Below are positions 1 to 9,715 of a stretch of DNA of 64,000 nt, piece by piece; positions within the stretch are counted from its first letter, which is position 1, and each line of letters begins with the position of its first letter. The stretch spans positions 32,001 through 96,000 of the forward strand of contig JAZDJR010000014.1 in NCBI GenBank assembly GCA_043803815.1. Reading direction: 5' to 3'. The notes below the pieces were generated by a model. It saw only the letters and a program-made list of their open reading frames with translations, was not told the origin of the DNA and made no database searches. This stretch comes from Candidatus Micrarchaeota archaeon. Its GTDB lineage: Archaea; Iainarchaeota; Iainarchaeia; Iainarchaeales; JAGVWC01. A program made the translations under genes and the position numbers.

Positions 1-200
1 TCCAGCGGATCCATTTTTTGAAGCAAAGGAAGCGCAAACGCCGCGGTTTTTCCCGTTCCGGTTTTGGCCTGGCCGACAATGTCTTTTCCTTCCAATGCCA
101 AAGGAATGGTCTCGACCTGAATGTCGGTGGGCTCCGAAAAGCCGGCTTCCTTGATTCCCTGCAATACGTTTTTGTTGAATCCAAATTCGTCAAAGTTCAC
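1..200 (-). CDS. DEAD-box RNA helicase, N-terminal part (runs off the window)
   Basis: Manual translation [58 protein letters not shown] contains the Q motif and motif I. GTG start at 200 with GGTGA upstream. Not in the ORF track. Confidence 0.92.
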   Translation of the reverse strand, partial: MNFDEFGFNKNVLQGIKEAGFSEPTDIQVETIPLALEGKDIVGQAKTGTGKTAAFALPLLQKMDPL

Positions 201-313
201 GTTTTTCACCGTTTGAAAAAACCAGAAAAAGAAATTCAAAAGAACCGGATATTTCTAATTATGGCTTTTGATTATTGAATAAATTTTTTTAACGCCCACG
301 CCCTGTTTTTGGC

Positions 314-511
314 TTACTTTTTGGAAAACCATTGAAATCCGATCAATCCGTACGCGATAACCAGTATGCCAAGCAATGCCCGGATCAACAGTTTAACGCT
401 TCCCAACCATTCCAAAAAATCGATTCCGAAAAAATCACCCATCAATACCGCGCCGCCGATAACCGCGGCAACGGAAAGCAGCTGCATGGAAATTTTTTTG
501 ACGGAATCCAT
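314..511 (-). CDS. Small hypothetical protein with two TM helices
   Basis: 65-aa ORF with two hydrophobic helices; AGGAGGT upstream. Confidence 0.7.
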   Translation of the reverse strand: MDSVKKISMQLLSVAAVIGGAVLMGDFFGIDFLEWLGSVKLLIRALLGILVIAYGLIGFQWFSKK

Positions 512-551
512 ACAAAAATTACCTCCTTTGGATATAAAAATAAAACGGTTG

Positions 552-1160
552 CTAGCGGCTTAATTTTTCCCGCATCCGCGCCAAAGTGCCGTTGATTTCT
601 TCGGCTTCCAAAACCGCTTTTTTAAACTGGGGGGTCTGGGACACTCCTTTGCATTGCTCAAGGTCCAATAAAGAAGCCTTTAACGAAACGATTTCAAGCT
701 TCAAATCGCGCGTCAAAGTCATCAGCAGTTCCCCGAGCTTTTCATTGTCGTTTTTGAGCTCTTTTTCGAATTTTCGCCGTTCCGTCAAATCCCGAAATCC
801 CACATACAATCCGGCGATTTTTCCTTCCATGCGGATTTCCGTGGCGTTTAATTCGTAATGCAATTTGTCCCCCGCTTTGGTCATGGCTTCGATTTCAAAC
901 GGCGGGCTGGCCGTGCCTGCCATATGCATCAAAAATTTTTCAATGCAAACAGCCCTGCTTTTCAAAGTCAGCAGCCCCGATTCGAAAAATTTTTTCCCGA
1001 CAAGCTCTTTTTTTGAATAACCCGTGACTTCTTCCAGGCGCTTATTCACCAGCAAAAACCGGCCGTCAAAATCGAGCAATGCCTTGGGGTCCAGGGTGTT
1101 CTCGAAAAAAAACAAGGGGTCTTTTTCCACCAGTTTTGAAACATCCGGCTTTTCGGGCAT
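552..1160 (-). CDS. PAS-domain sensor protein with C-terminal coiled coil and no kinase domain
   Basis: PAS/PAC signature LLDFDGRFLLVNKRLEEVTGYSKKELVGK...FRDLTERRKFE. Start is ATG 1160 or TTG 1169. Confidence 0.8.
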   Translation of the reverse strand: MPEKPDVSKLVEKDPLFFFENTLDPKALLDFDGRFLLVNKRLEEVTGYSKKELVGKKFFESGLLTLKSRAVCIEKFLMHMAGTASPPFEIEAMTKAGDKLHYELNATEIRMEGKIAGLYVGFRDLTERRKFEKELKNDNEKLGELLMTLTRDLKLEIVSLKASLLDLEQCKGVSQTPQFKKAVLEAEEINGTLARMREKLSR

Positions 1161-1331
1161 TGATTGCAATAACGGCGACAGGCTATTTATGGTTTTCGAA
1201 TCGATTTCATCGGCAATGTTCAGCCTTCAAGAATTTAAAATCGGTTTTGGCGCTTTTTTGAAATGCAACACGGTATCGGTTCAAAATAACAATAAAAAAA
1301 TAGACAAAATAATTTTTGACTTGAAAAACCA

Positions 1332-1403
1332 CGCCGCTTCCGGGAGTTGAACCCGGCCCTCACCCGTGACAGGGGTGCATCCTAACCGATAGACGAAAGC
1401 AGC
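1332..1403 (-). tRNA. tRNA-Asp(GUC)
   Basis: Cloverleaf with GCTGCTT/AAGCGGC acceptor, anticodon loop CT-GTC-AC, GTTCAAC T-loop and G73. Confidence 0.95.
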
Positions 1404-1456
1404 AATGCTAAAAGTAACAAATTTTGGCGTAAAAGGTTTTTAAGCCAATCCTGCAA

Positions 1457-1536
1457 AGCAGCCTTTTGCTAGCGCAAAAGCCTGGGGAAAAAAGCCTTCG
1501 GCAACAACCTTTTGCTGGCCAAAAGCGGGGGAAAAA
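1457..1536 (+). repeat. Two tandem copies of tRNA-associated palindromic repeat (family I)
   Basis: AGCAGCC-TTTTGC-TAGC-GCAAAA-GCCTGGGGAAAAAAG (1457-1494) and ACAACC-TTTTGC-TGG-CCAAAA-GCGGGGGAAAAA (1503-1536). Matches copies at 20124, 20305 and 21897 and in tRNA introns. Confidence 0.75.
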
Positions 1537-2673
1537 TTACTGCGGTTTTTTGAAAACCACGACCGCATCCTTGGTTTGCCCCGTCTTAAAGCTTCGATCC
1601 GCATGGCACCAGATTTTTCTGGCGGTAATATTTTTCACAAGTTCAAACCCTTCGGTTGCCGCGATTTTTTCCAGGTACTCGTCCGATTGCACGGGGCCGT
1701 GCGGCAGGCAGCCGCCAGCAATATTAAACACGCAGACTCCGCCGGGCCTGATTGCGGGAAACAAATTGTTCAAAACTTTTTTCAAATCCAAAAAATACGC
1801 CTGGCCGATTAGCGGCAGTTCCGCAAACTCGGCCACGGGTTCCATGTTCGGGTTGTCCCCGACAAACGCGCGCAACCGCGTCTCCTGATAACCGAAAAAC
1901 AAGCCCAGTTCGAGCTTGTAAACGCTGGTGTATTCGATTTTGTTCAAATAGGGCGGTGAAGTAATCACCGAACCGATGGATTCGGGTTCAAGCGCTATCC
2001 TGCGGCAATCCTCGTTCCATACGGCGGGCTCTTTTGCAAAGCCGGTTTTGGAATCGTCCAGATTAAATTTCGTTGATTTCAAATCCGCGGCCATTTTGGT
2101 TATTTTTCCCAAAAAAAGCTTGGCTACGGGCATGTCGGGTTTTTTTTGCTTGCGCAAACTGCCGCCGACCTTGACCACGTTAGCCACCCTTCCCGTGGTG
2201 TCGATTAAGGCCAGCAAAAACAACTCGCGGATTTTTTCATCCAGAATTTGCTCGATTTGCGTTTTATAAAACCACACCGTTTCCAAGGCGGAATGGTAAA
2301 ACAGTTTTCTAATGCGCGGATCCACGGGAATTTTTTCAATCGGTTCGGGCTTTAATCCCCGCAGTTTTTCAAGTTCCGAACCGATTTTTTCCAAATCATA
2401 ATTTCGCGTCTTTGCGCGGCTTGCCAGGCACGCCAAAGGCGAAACATCCGTTCCCATGGATTCGATTCCTTTTTTTTTGCACGCGACCAAAGTGGTTCCG
2501 ACTCCGCAAAACGGGTCGAACACGGGCCCCTTTAACTGGAATTTTTTTAGGCACCAGTTCACAAACTCCTCGGAATAACCCTCCTTGTAATACAGCCAGT
2601 TATGAATCGGCTTGTCCTTATTCGGGACAAAAGTAACCCAGTCGGCAAGTCTAGCTTCGATATTTTCGGCCAT
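1537..2673 (-). CDS. Orphan amino (N4-C/N6-A) DNA methyltransferase
   Basis: Motif I FDPFCGVGTT precedes catalytic motif IV TSPPY. No adjacent endonuclease. Confidence 0.85.
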   Translation of the reverse strand: MAENIEARLADWVTFVPNKDKPIHNWLYYKEGYSEEFVNWCLKKFQLKGPVFDPFCGVGTTLVACKKKGIESMGTDVSPLACLASRAKTRNYDLEKIGSELEKLRGLKPEPIEKIPVDPRIRKLFYHSALETVWFYKTQIEQILDEKIRELFLLALIDTTGRVANVVKVGGSLRKQKKPDMPVAKLFLGKITKMAADLKSTKFNLDDSKTGFAKEPAVWNEDCRRIALEPESIGSVITSPPYLNKIEYTSVYKLELGLFFGYQETRLRAFVGDNPNMEPVAEFAELPLIGQAYFLDLKKVLNNLFPAIRPGGVCVFNIAGGCLPHGPVQSDEYLEKIAATEGFELVKNITARKIWCHADRSFKTGQTKDAVVVFKKPQ

Positions 2674-2757
2674 ATTTTTTTCCGCAACCGCCTGTTTTTT
2701 TAGTAACCAATATTGGAACGATTATGTTTTTATTGCCCAAAAACCTCAATTAACCCT

Positions 2758-4284
2758 ATGGTTGCCGAATCCAATCCCTTAATGGTCATCGGAATAATTC
2801 TGGTGTTCAGCTGGGTTTTAAGCTTTTTTTTCAAAAGAATCGGCCAAAATCCCGTGGTCGGATTTATCGTTTCGGGGTTTTTGCTCGGGCCCTTTGTATT
2901 CCACATTTTAACACCCGAAACTCCCCTGGTTCAGGCGTTTTCCGAACTTGGGCTGTTTGTTCTTTTGTTTTATCTTGGAATCGAATTGTCGTTTCGCGAC
3001 TTTGTCAAAGCGGGCGTTCCCACTTTGGGCCTTGCCCTGGCGGACATGTCGGTTTGTTTTCTTGCGGGCTTTTTAATCGCTTTAATGGCTGGCTTTTCCC
3101 TTCTTTTTTCCGCCGCCGTCGGACTTATGATGTTTTCTACTTCCAGTGCCATTGTAGGCAAATTTTTGGTGGATCGCGGCCTGATACGAAAAAAATCCTC
3201 GCAAATGGCCTTAGCGATTTTGATTCTGCAGGACTTTTTGGGAATCTTGGTGCTCGTTTTCATTTCAAGCGTTTCCAGTTCCGGTTCCGCACTGGACTTG
3301 GCCCTGACCGCGGTCGTGTTTGCCGGAGTATCCTTTTATGCGGTGCACCGATTGTCCAAATTCGTTGAAACATACTTCGAGCGCTATCATCTCGGAGCAA
3401 CCGAACTGACCGTGTACGCTCTCGCCGTTGCTTTGGTCGTATCCGCCTTGGGAAGCTTTCTGAAACTTAATCCCGCATTGGGCGCGTATTTTGCCGGATT
3501 TGCCCTGTCGGAACTGTCGGTCGGCGAAAAAGTCAAGGAACAAATCGGGTTTTCGCGCGACTTTTTCCTGATGTTTTTTTTCGTTTCTTTTGGCGCGAGC
3601 CTGTTTTACAATTCCGTTTCCCAAACCATCACGTTTCCGGCCATCGACCAGCTCGTGTTCCTAGTCGGACTTTCCATTGTCCTTGGAATCGTGAGCATTA
3701 TTGTCCACGGCGTGGTACTGACCATGATGGGGCCTTTGTTCAACATTTCCAACCGCGAATCCAGCGAAATGGCGATTCTGCTTTCTCCACTCGGAGAATT
3801 CGTCATCATCATCGCGATTTCAATCATCCCGATTCTTGCGGTAACGGAATCGCTTTCTCTTGCGCCGATTGCATTCCTGCTTATTTTGGCTACACTTTTG
3901 ATTTTCCAGCCGCTCTACAACCACCTGAACTGGCACGATCGAATAACCCAAAAAATTCCCGCGTTTGCCTCGCGCGTCCACACCGAACAGCCCAAAACAG
4001 AACATTCCAGCGAAAGCATCCAATGGCTAAAAACGCTTGCCAAAAACCTGCTGCTTTTAGTCTGCCTGGCCTGGCTGACCCTGCAATTATACCGCGCCAT
4101 CCCGACAATCGGAATTCCGATTCCTTTCAGCCGCGAAATATTCACCGTTTTGGTATTCGCGTTTTTCGCGTACATTCCCGTGTCGCGTTCCTTGCGCGCA
4201 TTCCGCAAAATCATCCACGCCGCACAGCCAAGCCATTACCACCATCACGGCAAAGTCCTGCACAGCCGCCTGAAAAACTTTTAG
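2758..4284 (+). CDS. CPA2-family cation:proton antiporter (Kef/NapA-like)
   Basis: More than 12 TM helices with the motifs ELGLFVLLFYLGIE, STSSAIV, ILQD and PLGEF. Confidence 0.88.
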   Translation: MVAESNPLMVIGIILVFSWVLSFFFKRIGQNPVVGFIVSGFLLGPFVFHILTPETPLVQAFSELGLFVLLFYLGIELSFRDFVKAGVPTLGLALADMSVCFLAGFLIALMAGFSLLFSAAVGLMMFSTSSAIVGKFLVDRGLIRKKSSQMALAILILQDFLGILVLVFISSVSSSGSALDLALTAVVFAGVSFYAVHRLSKFVETYFERYHLGATELTVYALAVALVVSALGSFLKLNPALGAYFAGFALSELSVGEKVKEQIGFSRDFFLMFFFVSFGASLFYNSVSQTITFPAIDQLVFLVGLSIVLGIVSIIVHGVVLTMMGPLFNISNRESSEMAILLSPLGEFVIIIAISIIPILAVTESLSLAPIAFLLILATLLIFQPLYNHLNWHDRITQKIPAFASRVHTEQPKTEHSSESIQWLKTLAKNLLLLVCLAWLTLQLYRAIPTIGIPIPFSREIFTVLVFAFFAYIPVSRSLRAFRKIIHAAQPSHYHHHGKVLHSRLKNF

Positions 4285-4290
4285 ACTTTT

Positions 4291-5250
4291 TCAGGACTGT
4301 TTTTTTCCCAAACGGACCGCAAGCCTGACCAGCATGTCCTTGGTCATGGCAGTCAAATCATAGCTCGGCTTCCAGTCCCATTCGCTTCTCGCGCAGGAAT
4401 CGTCCAACGAAGCAGGCCAGGAATCGGCAATCGCCTGGCGAAAATCCGGCTTGTATGTTATTGCAAATTCGGGAACGTGCTTTTGGATTTCGGCAGCCAA
4501 TTGTTCCGGCGCAAAACTCATGGCATTCACGTTAAAGTCCGCATGACGCTTTAATTTGGAAACCGGCGCATCGGCCAGGTCCATGAGCGCTTTAAGGGCA
4601 TCCGGCATGTACATCATGGGTAAAAAAGTCCCTTTTTGCAAAAAGCACTCGTATTTTTTGCTTTGAATCGCTTCGTAAAAAATCGCGACCGCATAATCCG
4701 TAGTGCCGCCGCCGGGCAAAGCTTCCGAAGAAATGATTCCGGGAAAACGCACCCCGCGCACATCCAGGCCGTATTTGTGAAAATAATACGTTCCCAATAA
4801 TTCGCCCGCAACCTTGGTCGCGCCGTACATGGTGGACGGATGCAAAACCGCATCGTTGGACGTGTTTTTTTTTGGCGCGTCGGAGCCGTACACCGCCATG
4901 GAACTCGGAATCATTATCCTTTCGAGCTTGAACTCGCGGCCGACTTCAAGGACATTGTACGTTCCCGTCATGTTGACGTGGTAGGCCGCCTGCGGGTTTT
5001 GCTCCCCTTTGGCCGAAATAATCGCGGCCATGTGATAAATTGTATCAATGCCGTTTTTGCGCACGATTTTTTCCAAATCCTCTTTTCGGGTCACGTCGCC
5101 AAACACCACGGGCCCTTCTCCCAAGTCAACGCCTTTGGTATTCATATGGCCCATGGCAAAAACATTTTCATTTCCGAATTTTTTTCGCAACGCGGGAACC
5201 AGTTCCGAGCCGATTTGGCCAAACGCGCCCGTAACCAGGATTCTTTTCAT
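4291..5250 (-). CDS. SDR-type L-threonine 3-dehydrogenase (NAD-dependent epimerase/dehydratase family)
   Basis: GAFGQIG, YGATK, GGGTTDYAV, LPMMYMPDA and RQAIADSWP match SDR-TDH. Confidence 0.88.
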   Translation of the reverse strand: MKRILVTGAFGQIGSELVPALRKKFGNENVFAMGHMNTKGVDLGEGPVVFGDVTRKEDLEKIVRKNGIDTIYHMAAIISAKGEQNPQAAYHVNMTGTYNVLEVGREFKLERIMIPSSMAVYGSDAPKKNTSNDAVLHPSTMYGATKVAGELLGTYYFHKYGLDVRGVRFPGIISSEALPGGGTTDYAVAIFYEAIQSKKYECFLQKGTFLPMMYMPDALKALMDLADAPVSKLKRHADFNVNAMSFAPEQLAAEIQKHVPEFAITYKPDFRQAIADSWPASLDDSCARSEWDWKPSYDLTAMTKDMLVRLAVRLGKKQS

Positions 5251-5331
5251 TCCATCACAGTTCAATATCGGGGGATTTGGGTTAAATAGCCTTTTGGCGA
5301 AAAAAAACCAAAAGTCGGGAAGTGACGAAAA

Positions 5332-5982
5332 TCAGTCCTGAATCCTGCCGTTTTTTTGGAACGCATAATACGAATAACCGAACGAACCGGCAACAATACA
5401 GGCAATGGACAGGCCAAACCAAATCCAAAACTGATTTGGCCAAACCAAAATCGGCAAAACCAGCACTGCGGCCAGCCAAAAAACGGTTCTGGCAAACTTG
5501 TGCGTCTGGTCCCAGACTTTTTCGCTTGCCAAAGTCCACGGCGTCCGTATTCCTACAAAATAATTGCGCTTAAACGACGGCGACAAATAACCGATAACAA
5601 AAAAAAGCAGGGCCAAGCCCGGAACCATAAAATAATTCATGTTAAATTCAAAGCCGAGATTGAACAGCAAAGTCACGGCAAAAACCGCGCCTAAAAAAAG
5701 CTCGATTACCAAACCCAGCAGCCAGTATTGTGCCTCGAATTTTTTCAGGTTTTTTTGGTACACTTCGATTTTTGGAATCAGTAAAAAAACTATGAACGCA
5801 ACCAGCATGACAACGGGAAGAATAAACGCGGCCGTTAAGGGCGAACCAAAACCGTTGGCTTGTCCAGCTGCGTTCCAGTGAATCGCCACTTTTTCAGGCA
5901 GCAATGGCAAAGCCCAAAATCCCGCGATAAAAGAAAGTACGACTAATAGTCCTGCCAGTATCTTTGGAATTCTTTTTTGCAT
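5332..5982 (-). CDS. SdpI/DUF1648 family membrane protein
   Basis: LPEKVAIHWNAAGQANG (DUF1648) and RNYFVGIRTPWTLASEKVWDQTH (SdpI). Start set at MQKRIPK. Confidence 0.88.
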   Translation of the reverse strand: MQKRIPKILAGLLVVLSFIAGFWALPLLPEKVAIHWNAAGQANGFGSPLTAAFILPVVMLVAFIVFLLIPKIEVYQKNLKKFEAQYWLLGLVIELFLGAVFAVTLLFNLGFEFNMNYFMVPGLALLFFVIGYLSPSFKRNYFVGIRTPWTLASEKVWDQTHKFARTVFWLAAVLVLPILVWPNQFWIWFGLSIACIVAGSFGYSYYAFQKNGRIQD

Positions 5983-6022
5983 AACGAATACACGGCAAAA
6001 CAGCGTAAATAGCTTTCGAAAT

Positions 6023-6319
6023 TTACTGTTTGGCAATCGTGCCGGCTTTTCCCGTGGAAATCTGCTTTTCGCCCTTGTATTCCGAGCACCAGCCGTTTTC
6101 AATGGTTATGGTGTCGCCTTCGTTGTACTGGTTCACCTGGTCGTTCCACAAGGTCAGGGAAATCTCGCCGGAATCGTCTTTAACCGCCGCTTTGCAAAGT
6201 TTTCCCTCGCCGCGGCTAGACGCAAAAGGGCGGGGCTCTCCTTTGGATACCAGTTCAACCACGACTTTTGAAAACGTCTGGTTAACCTGCAGTTCTTTTA
6301 CTTTTTGAATTTCAGCCAT
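6023..6319 (-). CDS. Single OB-fold ssDNA-binding protein (SSB/RPA-like)
   Basis: VKDDSGEISLTLWNDQ...ITIENGWCSEYKGEKQISTGKAG is an archaeal SSB OB fold. Confidence 0.88.
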   Translation of the reverse strand: MAEIQKVKELQVNQTFSKVVVELVSKGEPRPFASSRGEGKLCKAAVKDDSGEISLTLWNDQVNQYNEGDTITIENGWCSEYKGEKQISTGKAGTIAKQ

Positions 6320-6439
6320 AACAAATCAGAATTATTTGCCAGCCAAACCGTTATAAATTAATCCTTGCCAACCAAACCCAAAAAAAGCAACCAAAAGGCG
6401 ATTTTTCAAATCAAACGCTTATTTTTGAATTTCAAATCT

Positions 6440-7786
6440 TTATTTTTTGGCTTTGGATTTTACTGTTTTTTTAACCGTTTTTTTCGCGGGTTTTTTCGCC
6501 TTCGCTTTTGGTGTTGCTATTGAAACGTGCTTTCCGATTTCAGTCTGGCCGTCCATGTACGGCTGCAAAACTTTTGGAATCTTGATGTTTCCGCTTTCGG
6601 TCTGGTAAGTTTCCAAAAGCGCTATCATTAACCGCGAAGTCGCAAGGCCCGAACCGTTTAACGTGTGGCAAAAAATCGTTTCGTTTTGCCGCTTAAACTT
6701 GGTATTCATGCGCCTGCCTTGGAAATCCGTGCAATTCGAAATCGAACTGCATTCCAGGTACTTATCCATTGCCGGAGCGTACACTTCCAAATCATACGTT
6801 TTCGCGGACGCGATTCCCATGTCACCCGACGCCAATAATTTGGTTCGGTAATGCAAGCCCAGTTTTTCAAGCAATTGTTCGCCGTAACCGCGCATTTCCT
6901 CGTGCAGTTTCCACGATTCTTCCGGCGTGCAGATAAAAACCATTTCGACTTTGTCAAACTGGTGCAGGCGAAAAATTCCCGGGGTTTCCGCTCCGTGCTT
7001 TCCCGCTTCGGTTCGAAAACACGCGGTAAAACTGCAAAACTTTTTCGGCAAATCCTTTTCTTCCAGGGTTTCGTTCGCGAACAGGTTCGTGACAGGCACT
7101 TCGGCTGTCGGAATCAGGTAAAAACCGTCCGTGGTCTTGTACAGGTCTTTTTCAAACTTGGGCAGGTTTCCCGTTCCAAATGCGGTTTTCTCGTTCACCA
7201 AAAACGGAACGCTCACTTCTTCCAACCCGTTTTTTCTGTGGCAATCCAGAAAAAAATTAATCAACGCGCGCTCCAATCGTGCCAAATCTTTTCGAAAAAC
7301 AAAAAATCCCGCCCCCGCGATTTTGGCCGCGCGCGTCATGTCCAGCATTTCCAAGGCGTTCGCCAGCTCGTGGTGCTGCTTTGGAACAAAATCAAATGCG
7401 GGTTTTTTTCCGCTTTCTTTTACGATTTGAAAATTTTCCTCTCCGCCGGACGGAACGCTTTCATGCGGAATATTGGGCAGGCGCTGGAGCAAAAAATCCC
7501 TGCGCTCCAAAAACGAGCCGGTTTCGACTTCGGTTTTCGCGATTTCCCGCGGCAATTCCCGAGCTTGTTTCAGCAATTCTTCAATCGATTTTCCCGCTTT
7601 TTTGGCTTCTTTGATTTCAATGGTAATCTTGTTCCGCTTGTTCCGCAACTGGTCTTCCATGGACTTGGATTCCCTCCATTTTTGGTCAAATTCCATTAAC
7701 TCGTCAACGGATACCTCGCTTTGGCGCTTTTGCATCGCTTGCCTGACCAGTTCAGTCTTTTCGCGGATTAAATGAATATCCAGCAT
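6440..7786 (-). CDS. serS: Seryl-tRNA synthetase with Lys-rich C-terminal tail
   Basis: MLDIHLIR start, LIPTAEVP, FRTEAG, LHQFDKVE and HTLNGSGLA motifs. Confidence 0.97.
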   Translation of the reverse strand: MLDIHLIREKTELVRQAMQKRQSEVSVDELMEFDQKWRESKSMEDQLRNKRNKITIEIKEAKKAGKSIEELLKQARELPREIAKTEVETGSFLERRDFLLQRLPNIPHESVPSGGEENFQIVKESGKKPAFDFVPKQHHELANALEMLDMTRAAKIAGAGFFVFRKDLARLERALINFFLDCHRKNGLEEVSVPFLVNEKTAFGTGNLPKFEKDLYKTTDGFYLIPTAEVPVTNLFANETLEEKDLPKKFCSFTACFRTEAGKHGAETPGIFRLHQFDKVEMVFICTPEESWKLHEEMRGYGEQLLEKLGLHYRTKLLASGDMGIASAKTYDLEVYAPAMDKYLECSSISNCTDFQGRRMNTKFKRQNETIFCHTLNGSGLATSRLMIALLETYQTESGNIKIPKVLQPYMDGQTEIGKHVSIATPKAKAKKPAKKTVKKTVKSKAKK

Positions 7787-8021
7787 GTCCAACACTATGT
7801 TCCCTAAGCCATTTTAACCTTTGGCACCCTCGAGAGTGTCAAATACAAAAAGCCCTTAAACAAACCAAAAGGGGCTTTTTGTTATTGCGAAACAAGGCCA
7901 ATCAGGGGTTTTGCGGCTAAAACGAGGGTTTAACTACTTTTTGAAGACAAGGTATTCAAGGCGATAGTAAGACTAGGTTCTAGTTGTTTTTTCGCCAAAA
8001 ACAAAAAAGGAGTAAGTAAGA

Positions 8022-8189
8022 ATGGCTTTCCAACCACGCGGCTCATTTGGCGGCGGTGCAGGCGGAGATCGGCAAATGTTCGATGTCACCTGTTCAGATT
8101 GCGGACAACCCACTCAAGTCCCCTTCAAACCGACCGACGGACGACCCGTATATTGCAGAAATTGCTACCAAAAACACAAACGATACTAA
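8022..8189 (+). CDS. CxxC-x17-CxxC zinc-ribbon protein (55 aa)
   Basis: Manual translation MAFQPRGSFGGGAGGDRQMFDVTCSDCGQPTQVPFKPTDGRPVYCRNCYQKHKRY; AGGAG upstream. Below the ORF-track length cutoff. Confidence 0.93.
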   Translation: MAFQPRGSFGGGAGGDRQMFDVTCSDCGQPTQVPFKPTDGRPVYCRNCYQKHKRY

Positions 8190-8258
8190 ATCGTTTTTGG
8201 GTAACAACTCTAAAAAATTCACTGTATTTTTCTAATTTTTATTATTTTTTTTCCCGAA

Positions 8259-8328
8259 GCATCGCTTTAAACCAAAAACAGCCCGCTTGCCCCATTACGT
8301 GGGGCGAGCGGCGGGAACACGGATAGTT
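8259..8328 (+). repeat. Family II dispersed repeat with one hairpin of cargo
   Basis: GCATCGCTTTAAACCAAAAACAGCCCGC-TTGCCCCATTACGTGGGGCGA-GCGGCGGGAACACGGATAGTT. 17 nt are identical to the 33156-33172 reverse complement. Confidence 0.75.
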
Positions 8329-8348
8329 CCGGATTTTGACAATTGTTT

Positions 8349-8630
8349 TTACCGCTTGTAAATATTGTCGTGATGGTCAAAGCGGTCAAACAGGATGAAT
8401 TTTTCTTTTTTGGATACCTTAAATAGCAGGACAAAATTGCGTGCGATGTGCACCCGCTTGTATTCGCTTAAATCGTGCTTGAGATTCTTGTAATGGTCAA
8501 TGGTGGCATCGTCGCTGGCGATTATCTGCCGGATTTTCTTGTTAATCGCATCCGCCATCGCGGGGTCCCGCTTGGCCAAAAGGCGAACGGCATCCTTTAA
8601 TTCGTCGGACAAATCAAAAGAAAACGGCAT
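8349..8630 (-). CDS. RelE/YafQ-like type II toxin
   Basis: HYKNLKHDLSEYKRVHIARNFVLLF...FDHHDNIY is an archaeal RelE signature; coupled to the upstream antitoxin. Confidence 0.85.
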   Translation of the reverse strand: MPFSFDLSDELKDAVRLLAKRDPAMADAINKKIRQIIASDDATIDHYKNLKHDLSEYKRVHIARNFVLLFKVSKKEKFILFDRFDHHDNIYKR

Positions 8631-8631
8631 C

Positions 8632-8895
8632 TTATTGCCCCGCAGTCAACCGGTCCAGCTCGTCCAAAGTCATTTTCCGAAAGCCGTATTTTTTGATGTG
8701 CCGCGCGCAGGAAGCGATGACTTCTTTAACGACTTCTTCCTTGACTTCGCGCTCCACAAACTCGTCGCCGCACAGCTCGGCAAACTTGTCGAGAGCCTTT
8801 CCCTTGTCCTTTAAGCCGTACTTTTCCTTGACCACCCCGACCACGCGGTTGGTATACTCGCTTACCGTCACGTTCATCGTCACCGTCTTACCCAT
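8632..8895 (-). CDS. Antitoxin (DUF2683-like)
   Basis: SEYTNRVVGVVKEKYGLKDKGKALDKF; ends 1 nt before the toxin start. Confidence 0.75.
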   Translation of the reverse strand: MGKTVTMNVTVSEYTNRVVGVVKEKYGLKDKGKALDKFAELCGDEFVEREVKEEVVKEVIASCARHIKKYGFRKMTLDELDRLTAGQ

Positions 8896-8994
8896 ATTAG
8901 TTCACCTAATATAAACTTAGTCCGACTAATTTAAAAATATTCGGTCGGTTAACACCAAAAAGCTTCAAAAACCGGAAAAACGACAAAATGGGTG

Positions 8995-9600
8995 TTAACT
9001 AACTCCCAGTTTTTGCAGGTCATTAACCAATTGTTCGTTGTTCTTGAACAAAATCGTCTGGAACCCCATTTCTTTTGCGGGCTTCAGATGCCGTTCTCGG
9101 TCATCCACAAAAACGCATTCGTTGGCCAAAAGCTTCATTTTTTTCAAGACGAGTTCGAATATTTTCGGGTCGGGTTTGGCAAGCCCCACTTCGCAAGACA
9201 ACAAACATGGGTCAAACGGTTCGAACAGTCCCCTTTCTTTGGTAATCTCGGCATGAAAGTCGTTCAGGTTGCTTAACAACGCCACTTTGTATTTTTTCTT
9301 CAGTTTTTTGGCAATTTCCAATAGTCCCTCATTAACCGGCATTACTTCCAAATACGCGGCTTTCCAAATCGATTGCAATTGTTCAATGCTTTGATGCAAG
9401 CCGGCTTTTTTCTTTAACAGTTCTAAAAATTCCTTGTGCGACATTTTTCCGGTCAATGCCTTTTTTTCATACTCGTCCTGGCCCAAGCCCTCCAGTATGC
9501 TTTTGTCGATTCCGAGTTTTTCACTCACGCGCTGTATAATCAGTTCAAACTTTCCGACCAAGACAACGCCACCCATGTCAAAAACGACCGCCTTAATCAT
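8995..9600 (-). CDS. HAD-family phosphatase (subfamily IA)
   Basis: FDMGGV, LSN, KPDPKIF and FVDD motifs. Confidence 0.92.
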   Translation of the reverse strand: MIKAVVFDMGGVVLVGKFELIIQRVSEKLGIDKSILEGLGQDEYEKKALTGKMSHKEFLELLKKKAGLHQSIEQLQSIWKAAYLEVMPVNEGLLEIAKKLKKKYKVALLSNLNDFHAEITKERGLFEPFDPCLLSCEVGLAKPDPKIFELVLKKMKLLANECVFVDDRERHLKPAKEMGFQTILFKNNEQLVNDLQKLGVS

Positions 9601-9652
9601 AACCAACACTATCTGCAATCAGGGATTAAAACCATTCGCCAAAGCTGACCAA

Positions 9653-9694
9653 TAAACCCAAATTCAGCGCCGCAGGCCGACGAGACGGACGGTT
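9653..9694 (+). repeat. Family II dispersed repeat
   Basis: TAAACCCAAATTCAGCGCCGCAGGCCGACGAGACGGACGGTT; shares CGACGAGACGGAC with the 35914-35963 copy. Confidence 0.75.
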
Positions 9695-9715
9695 AAAAAT
9701 TTTAAAAATTAGTAT

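Noticed and set aside
1537-2673. Restriction-modification system
   Set aside because: No neighbouring endonuclease; orphan methyltransferases are common.
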